From assembly GCA_944358355.1 (NCBI GenBank), contig CALVQY010000003.1:1-51917 (forward strand): 51,917 nucleotides of DNA, read 5' to 3'. Shown one piece after another: positions 46,113-51,917 of the stretch. The notes under the pieces are model-generated. The model searched no databases, had not been told where the DNA came from, and saw nothing but the letters and a program-made list of their open reading frames with translations. Every line of letters starts with the position of its first letter. Position 1 is the first letter of the stretch. The position numbers were made by a program, and so were the translations under genes. Origin of the DNA: an uncultured Bacilli bacterium (GTDB lineage Bacteria; Bacillota_I; Bacilli_A; RF39; UBA660).

Positions 46113-46658
46113 TTATCTTGTTTGTTCACCAGTTATTCTAAGTTTTCCTTTCCATACTTGACCACCAAAGTCTCCATCTATTTCTACTGTTGGCCAAACT
46201 CTTAAAACATAACTGTTTGTTTCATTACTTGTTAGAGTTCCTTGATCTAATATTCTAGAACCATCTTCTCCTAATGTCTCTAAATATTCTGCTGTTCCTA
46301 CACTATCATTTTTATCTAAGCTATATTTCAAATACATTTCATCCAACTTAACATCAGGAGATGTTATTTCTATATCATCTAAATAAATAACATAATCTGC
46401 TGTAGCAGTACCTGTATTTTCTAATGTAAAATCATAACCATCTAGTGCTAGACCGTCACTATCTGTCAAAGGATAAGTATCTACTAAATTAATAGTGTTG
46501 CCTTCAGTCAAGTTAAGTTTTAAAGTACCTGAAGTAATTACATTTTCTCTTTGACCTTCTCCTAAGAACCTAAAGGCAGCATATGATAATACTATTATTA
46601 TAATTATTAATGCTACTAGTAAGACAACTAACATTATTTTATTTCTTTTCTCATTCAT
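46113..46658 (-). CDS. Single-domain TasA/CalY-like exported protein (SipW-type signal)
   Basis: LSYA/AF...N.ITSGTL, FTLENTG and Y.LRVW...FGGQ.WKG.L.I; SD AGGTGA before the ATG at 46658. Confidence 0.7.
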   Translation of the reverse strand: MNEKRNKIMLVVLLVALIIIIIVLSYAAFRFLGEGQRENVITSGTLKLNLTEGNTINLVDTYPLTDSDGLALDGYDFTLENTGTATADYVIYLDDIEITSPDVKLDEMYLKYSLDKNDSVGTAEYLETLGEDGSRILDQGTLTSNETNSYVLRVWPTVEIDGDFGGQVWKGKLRITGEQTR

Positions 46659-46724
46659 ATTCTCACCTACATTATATATCAAGTATAGCATTAATAAATA
46701 TTTCTTTCAATAAATTTTTAATTT

Positions 46725-47675
46725 TTAATTTAAACTACTTTTAGTAATTGTCTTTATCTCTTTATTATCAACTTCAAAGCTTATAGTATTAACATCATAA
46801 TTTGCAAAGACAGAGTAACTAAGTGTATATAATACTTCTTCTTTAAGAATGCTAGTACTATCAAATAAAGCACTATTAAAATTCAATATGAATAAATCAC
46901 TATCTACTATTTCTTTATCTATTAACTCCACATTTTCATTTAAGATACTTCTTAAGTTATCTTCATATATGTAGCTTGTTGTCAACTCTTCTACTATTAT
47001 ATCAATTTTATCTTTATTGTCATTATTATTTATATATTTAGTAACTGGTACATAATATATATCTTCATCTATATCTTCACCATAAAATATAACAACTTTG
47101 GTAATATTATCTAAAGTATTATAAGTATATTCATTATTAATACCAATATCTCTAGTTAGAGGTAAAGTTATTTTCTTATTACTATTTGGATATGTTTCTA
47201 AAGGAAGAGAATCTACTTCAATATTTACTTTAGTAATATTATCTAGTTCTGTTATAGAATAGACAATCGCTTCTATTAATTTAACTGATAAACCTTCATC
47301 TATATTTAATAGTTCTTTAGAAAAATCTAATGTAACTAAATCATTATCTACTGTAATAGTTTTTAATTTAGTATTTTTAGGAATAATAGCTTTTAATTGA
47401 TCAGGGAATTTACTTTCATTAGTAATTGTTAAGTTATTGATAATACTTTTAATATTATCTTCTATTTTTTCATTATCTAATAATACTTTAGTTTTAACTA
47501 AATAATTATTATCATCTAATAAATAGATTGATGAGTTAGCAAGATCTGTAATGTATTCAAATTCTAAGTTAGTCTCAAGTGTTTTTTCTGTTAATGGAAT
47601 TAGATAGATAGTCATAATAATGAATAGACTCATAGTTGTAATAAATATTTTTCTTAAAGCTTTTTTTCTTAGCAC
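46725..47675 (-). CDS. gerM: GerMN-domain spore germination protein GerM-like
   Basis: IYLLD.N.YLV, VTLDFSKE, EAIVYSITE...V.I.VD and YYVPVT; tandem GerMN layout; next to gerE. Confidence 0.8.
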   Translation of the reverse strand: MLRKKALRKIFITTMSLFIIMTIYLIPLTEKTLETNLEFEYITDLANSSIYLLDDNNYLVKTKVLLDNEKIEDNIKSIINNLTITNESKFPDQLKAIIPKNTKLKTITVDNDLVTLDFSKELLNIDEGLSVKLIEAIVYSITELDNITKVNIEVDSLPLETYPNSNKKITLPLTRDIGINNEYTYNTLDNITKVVIFYGEDIDEDIYYVPVTKYINNNDNKDKIDIIVEELTTSYIYEDNLRSILNENVELIDKEIVDSDLFILNFNSALFDSTSILKEEVLYTLSYSVFANYDVNTISFEVDNKEIKTITKSSLN

Positions 47676-47724
47676 ATAAATCACCTAGTAAATCATATTA
47701 AAAAAAGTACCTGTTTAGTACTTT

Positions 47725-47928
47725 TTATAATGCTATTTCTTTTAATTTTAAAAGCTCTATTACAGCGTTTGCTCTTCCTTTAACTCCTAATTTTTGCATA
47801 ACATTAGATATGTGATTTCTTACAGTTTTTTCACTTATGTTTAAGGTGTGAGCTATTTCTTTGGTCGAAAGACCAGTTACTAAAAGTTCAAAGACTTCTT
47901 TTTCTCTTGGTGTTAATATTCCTCTCAT
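47725..47928 (-). CDS. gerE: Spore coat transcriptional regulator GerE (stand-alone LuxR HTH)
   Basis: LTPREKEVFELLV...KEIA..L.ISEKTVRNHISNVMQKLGVKGR..AVIELL, very close to Bacillus GerE. Confidence 0.88.
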   Translation of the reverse strand: MRGILTPREKEVFELLVTGLSTKEIAHTLNISEKTVRNHISNVMQKLGVKGRANAVIELLKLKEIAL

Positions 47929-47960
47929 ATTTATCCCCTTTCCCTAATTCTTGAAGCTTT

Positions 47961-47995
47961 CAATAGTAGTTTATGAGAAAAGAGATATTTGTTGT
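47961..47995 (-). promoter_or_regulatory. Putative sigma-K promoter of gerE
   Basis: An AC-containing -35 region followed by CATAAACTA (CATAnnnTA). Confidence 0.55.
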
Positions 47996-48006
47996 AGATA
48001 AAAGAA

Positions 48007-48525
48007 CTAGCTGCCTTCAAATTTAACTGTTATTGTTTTTTTAGTATCATATTCACTTTGAATTGTACGCATGATATTATTTGCTAGTGTCACATCATGT
48101 TTTTTCTTAGCTGCGACTACTGTAATTGTATTAGATTCTACTTTAACAAAACTATTTAAATTATGTTCTTTCTTTATTAATTTTTCTAGTTTTTCTTCTT
48201 CACCTTCAATTACTGATAGGTATTTTAGTTGTTCGTAAGCATTGTTTTTTTCATCAGTTGTAGCTTCTTCATTAGTCATAGCCTTTTTTAATTCTGCTTT
48301 TTCTTTGTCACGTTCTTCATCTAAACTTACTCTTAGTGCTGTTAAGTCATCTACTTCACTAATAGTATTTTCTTCATCTTCTTCAGTAGTAGTTTTATTT
48401 TCTTCTTTAGATTGTGTAGAATTACTGGCTATTAACAAATCATTCGGCATTGTTATATAGTAAACACTAAGAACTAAAATAAGACTAAAAAGAGTTAAAA
48501 ACCATAAGTTTTGTTTATTGATCAT
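48007..48525 (-). CDS. spoIIIAH: Stage III sporulation protein AH-like
   Basis: KQNLWFLTLFSLILVLSVYY; EK.NAY..L...E..LE.LIK; TITVV. Confidence 0.88.
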   Translation of the reverse strand: MINKQNLWFLTLFSLILVLSVYYITMPNDLLIASNSTQSKEENKTTTEEDEENTISEVDDLTALRVSLDEERDKEKAELKKAMTNEEATTDEKNNAYEQLKYLSVIEGEEEKLEKLIKKEHNLNSFVKVESNTITVVAAKKKHDVTLANNIMRTIQSEYDTKKTITVKFEGS

Positions 48526-48550
48526 TTGTCTTCCTCCCTTTTACTAATAT

Positions 48551-48580
48551 ACTCTATGAGGGAGGTTATAGTTTTATGAC
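48551..48580 (-). promoter_or_regulatory. Putative sigma-E promoter of spoIIIAH
   Basis: GTCATAAA-N14-CATAGAGT matches the sigma-E consensus. Confidence 0.5.
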
Positions 48581-49818
48581 TTTAAATTATTAAGGGCCTT
48601 AGCAGCATTTATAACAGCAAGACGACCATAGGTATAAGTAAGGGAACCTTGTTGATAAGCAATATAAGGAGGTCTTAGTGGTCCATCACATGATAGTTCT
48701 ATTGATGAGCCTTGGGTAAATGAACCACTGGCCATGATAATTTTATCTGTATAACCTGGCATATCATCAGGAATAGGTAGTGAGTTTGAATCTACCGGTG
48801 AATTAGCTTGAATTCCTTGGGTATATTTTATAAGAAGGTCTTCATCTTCAAAGATAATGTTTTCAACAATATCAGCACGTTCTTCATTATATTTAGGATC
48901 TACTTTATAACCTAATTCTTCAAGGAAAGAGGCAGTAAAGATAGCAGTTTTTAAAGATGAAGCGATAACTGAGGGAGCTAGAAATAAGCCTTGTAGTATT
49001 TGTTTATTAATACCTAAAGATGGTCCTACTTCCTTTCCTTCACCTGGTAGGGTTAACCGTTCTCCACAAAGTTCTATTAAATCATTTCTTCCAACTATAT
49101 ATGCACCATTAGGAGCAATACCTCCTCCTAAGTTCTTAATAAGAGAACCAACAACAATATCAGCACCTACTTCTATAGGTTCCTTAGCACTTACAAATTC
49201 ACAGTAACAGTTATCAACCATAATAATGATATTTTTATCAATGGATTTAATAAAACTAATAACAGACTCTACTTTGTCTATAGTAAGACTCTTTCTAGTA
49301 GAATATCCTTTACTTCTTTGAATTTCTATTACTTTAATTTTATTAGTAGTAATAACTTCTTTTATTTTATCGTAATCAAAATCATTATTAACTAAATCTA
49401 CTTGTTTATAGTTTATACCAAAACTTTTTAAAGACGAAGGATTATCCTTAAGTCCTATTACTTCGTCCATAGTATCATAGGGCTTACCTGTAATACTTAA
49501 AAGTATATCTCCTGGACGAAGAAGAGCGAAGAAAGCGACAGTCAAGGCATGACTTCCTGATATAAATTGATTTCTAACTAAGGCAGATTCAGCTTTAAAG
49601 ATATCGGCATAGATTTTTTCTATTTTGTCACGTCCTAAATCATTATAACCATAACCTGTAGTAGCATTAAAGTCAGTCTCTGCTACTTGTTCTTTAATAA
49701 AGGCATTTAAGACCTTTTCACTGTTTAGACGTTCTAACTCATCAACTTTTTCTAATTCTTCTTTTATTTTTAAATCAACTTTTCTTATTAATTCCTCAAA
49801 CACGTTTAACACCACCAT
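48574..49818 (-). CDS. Methionine gamma-lyase family / aluminium resistance protein (YnbB-like)
   Basis: TTGYGYND.GRD, IQRSKGY, VDNCY.EF, GSLIKNLGGG and FTQGSSIELS.DGP. Confidence 0.88.
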   Translation of the reverse strand: MVVLNVFEELIRKVDLKIKEELEKVDELERLNSEKVLNAFIKEQVAETDFNATTGYGYNDLGRDKIEKIYADIFKAESALVRNQFISGSHALTVAFFALLRPGDILLSITGKPYDTMDEVIGLKDNPSSLKSFGINYKQVDLVNNDFDYDKIKEVITTNKIKVIEIQRSKGYSTRKSLTIDKVESVISFIKSIDKNIIIMVDNCYCEFVSAKEPIEVGADIVVGSLIKNLGGGIAPNGAYIVGRNDLIELCGERLTLPGEGKEVGPSLGINKQILQGLFLAPSVIASSLKTAIFTASFLEELGYKVDPKYNEERADIVENIIFEDEDLLIKYTQGIQANSPVDSNSLPIPDDMPGYTDKIIMASGSFTQGSSIELSCDGPLRPPYIAYQQGSLTYTYGRLAVINAAKALNNLKS

Positions 49819-50539
49819 CTATTCTAATAATAGAGTCATTTATATAACTTGACTTATCTGTTCCAAGAAAATAAGCTAAATAAGCTATTTCTTCAGGTTC
49901 GGCAAAACGACCTAATAGTATTTTATTAGTTTCATCTTTTATAAACTCTTCATCTAAATCTTTGTTCATATCAGTATTAATCCAACCTGGACAAATAGTA
50001 TTAACTCTAATATATGGAGCAAAGTAATTAGCAAGATTATGATTAAGAGAAATAATACCTGCTTTAGAAGCATCATAGTCTATAGATTCTGGATAAGTTG
50101 TTTCTAGACCATTAGTAGAAGAAATGTTAATAATATTACCCTTTTTAGCCTCTTTCATCTTAAGACCTATTTTCTTAGATAAAAGATAAGTACCAACAAG
50201 ATTAGTTTCTAAAGTTTTCATAAAATCTTCTTTAGTTTTTAATTCAAAGTCTTGATCTAGAGCGATAGAAGCATTATTAACTAGAATATCAAGATGACCA
50301 AACTCTTTATATATTTCATCTATCATATTATCAATCTCTTCTTCTTTAGAAATATCGCATCCTATTACTAAGGATTTTACTTTATAGTTAGATTCTATAT
50401 AATCTTTTAATTCTAAAGCTTTATCTTTAGAGTTATTATAATTGATAATAACATCATATCCATGTTTAGCATATTCTATAACAATTGCTTTACCTAATCC
50501 TCTACTACTTCCTGTTACCAATACATTCATTTTAATCAC
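49796..50539 (-). CDS. Short-chain dehydrogenase/reductase (FabG-like)
   Basis: Motifs TGSSRGLG, LVNNA, Y.ASK, PGWINT and IDGG. Confidence 0.88.
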   Translation of the reverse strand: MIKMNVLVTGSSRGLGKAIVIEYAKHGYDVIINYNNSKDKALELKDYIESNYKVKSLVIGCDISKEEEIDNMIDEIYKEFGHLDILVNNASIALDQDFELKTKEDFMKTLETNLVGTYLLSKKIGLKMKEAKKGNIINISSTNGLETTYPESIDYDASKAGIISLNHNLANYFAPYIRVNTICPGWINTDMNKDLDEEFIKDETNKILLGRFAEPEEIAYLAYFLGTDKSSYINDSIIRIDGGVKRV

Positions 50540-50625
50540 TCCTCGTATTACATTTTAACAGATTTTAATTTGTTTTTAAAGTGCTATGAGAAGTTTAATT
50601 AAGACTTATATAATAGTCTTATAAA

Positions 50626-50654
50626 AAAGAAAAAGCATTGCTGAAGCAATGCTA
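50626..50654 (-). terminator. Intrinsic terminator
   Basis: AGCATTGC-loop-GCAATGCT followed by a T run on the minus strand. Confidence 0.7.
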
Positions 50655-50661
50655 ATTATTA

Positions 50662-51717
50662 TTAGTTATGAAGTCTTCTATATGCTAATGCTGTACCTGC
50701 AAAACCGATAACAGTTAAACTTAAGAATATTAGAACTCCATCACTAGTTTCTGGATTTTCTACTTCATTTTTAACTTCTTCAGGAGTTTCTGGTACATCA
50801 GTTACTGGAGTTAATTCTTCAAGAACTAAATTACCATCATCATCAGTTGTAACATTATAATCATCAGTTACATCTTTATTAACTGCTCTATCATATATTG
50901 CATAATCAGTCTTGTCAGTAGCAGAGTTTAAAGTTGCATTAGTAATATTTAAACTACTAAAGTCTTTATTAGTACTATCAATTTGATGTCTAATAGCAGA
51001 ATTTTCTACTGATGTAAATGTTCCTCCTGTTACAGTAGCAGTTCCTAAGTTATCTAAAGCAAAAGTTTTTTGACTATTGAAAGTACCATTTGTAATTGTA
51101 ACAGCGGTATTTTCATTATTTCTAATGGTATCTTGTACTGCTTCAAAAGTACCACCATTAATTGTCATAGTTGGTAAATCTGCACTATTCTCATTATATT
51201 TAATATTACCAATCAATGAAGTTGTTTGAGAATTAGTTGTAAAGATACCTCCGTTAATTGTAAGATTAATACCCTCATTTCTTACTACATAAGTATCTGT
51301 ACTTGTTGTAAAGTTACCACTTTCAATTATTAATGTTCCATAGTTAGTAATAGGACCATAAGTAGATTGTACTAAATTAGTTACAGTACCAGTACCTACA
51401 CTATCGATGATAGTTAAAACTCCACCTTTTGCTACTTTAATCGCTTCACAAGGAGCTTTTTGGCCATCTTGAAGATAATTAGTTAAAGTAAACCCAGCTA
51501 AGTCAAGAGTAACTGTTTGGCCAGCTAAAACTTCAAAGTCCTCATCAGCATTTCCTGTTAGAGTAACTTTATATTTGTTTTCTCCTAAATCATCTACTGT
51601 AACATTACTACCAGGATATTCTACATTATCTACAGTACTTGCTTCTACATTCATCATTGGAATAAAAACGCAACATCCAACAATAATCATAGATAAAATT
51701 GTTTTTAAGTTTTTCAT
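50662..51717 (-). CDS. Cell-surface protein with beta-helix-like repeats and NPxT sorting-type C-terminus
   Basis: Signal peptide; repeated T..I.GGTF; ENPETSD followed by TM and RR. Confidence 0.75.
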   Translation of the reverse strand: MKNLKTILSMIIVGCCVFIPMMNVEASTVDNVEYPGSNVTVDDLGENKYKVTLTGNADEDFEVLAGQTVTLDLAGFTLTNYLQDGQKAPCEAIKVAKGGVLTIIDSVGTGTVTNLVQSTYGPITNYGTLIIESGNFTTSTDTYVVRNEGINLTINGGIFTTNSQTTSLIGNIKYNENSADLPTMTINGGTFEAVQDTIRNNENTAVTITNGTFNSQKTFALDNLGTATVTGGTFTSVENSAIRHQIDSTNKDFSSLNITNATLNSATDKTDYAIYDRAVNKDVTDDYNVTTDDDGNLVLEELTPVTDVPETPEEVKNEVENPETSDGVLIFLSLTVIGFAGTALAYRRLHN

Positions 51718-51917
51718 ATTTCCTCCTCATTTTGAATATATTAGATAGTTTTCCTATCTTCATAATAAGCATACTAAATATTCTGATTTAAGTCAATCTA
51801 CAAAAAAATATATTTTTCTTTTTATCTTGTTTCTTTCTTAATTAACTTAGCATGCATAACGATTCTATTACCAAAATTATCTTTACAGGTTGACAGTGTT
51901 AACACTTTATCACTTGT

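Noticed and set aside
629-48460. Short antisense or overlapping ORFs in the track (e.g. 629-832, 5786-6235, 8389-8679, 21916-22206, 25120-25437, 33525-33917, 45050-45280)
   Set aside because: They are shadows of well-supported genes, with no recognisable motifs.
51893-51908. Palindrome AGTGTTAACACT at the window end as an operator
   Set aside because: Short, at the edge of the window, with no regulator or second copy to support it.

Overview
Very AT-rich chromosomal segment of a Bacillota organism. The gene content (sporulation genes gerE, gerM, spoIIIAH and ylbJ, plus dnaI, a yrrN/yrrO-like U32 pair and expanded SYAAF-signal surface proteins) suggests an RF39/Erysipelotrichales-like gut Bacilli lineage; this assignment is inference. 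Most genes are housekeeping, envelope or sporulation genes on the minus strand. The most striking unexplained structure is a leader element present three times (about 7181-7420, 28238-28405, 45967-46110). Each copy has a strong SD, a short uORF running through a G tract (G9, G4, G9) that stops early, and a +1 frame that stays open to an invariant ...TFFHYDIRAG* whose stop lies inside an invariant terminator-like hairpin. Two copies sit directly upstream of modular surface proteins that share an N-terminal TasA/CalY-like domain but carry unrelated C-terminal domains. This looks like a slippage- or frameshift-controlled attenuator that switches fibre adhesins on or off. Other notable items: an adjacent cohesin-like/dockerin pair (membrane anchor plus autolysin), an Rpn-family nuclease with an internal RBS and a second frameshifted C-terminal cassette, two AAA/DUF4143 genes with operator-like repeat arrays, a degenerate tRNA-Leu-like element beside a umuC-yolD cassette with a likely SOS box, probable IS3-like ends (one truncating folD), a start-less Fic-like wHTH remnant, and a missed small membrane protein with a non-ATG start. 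No CRISPR array, reverse transcriptase, integrase or complete transposase was seen.
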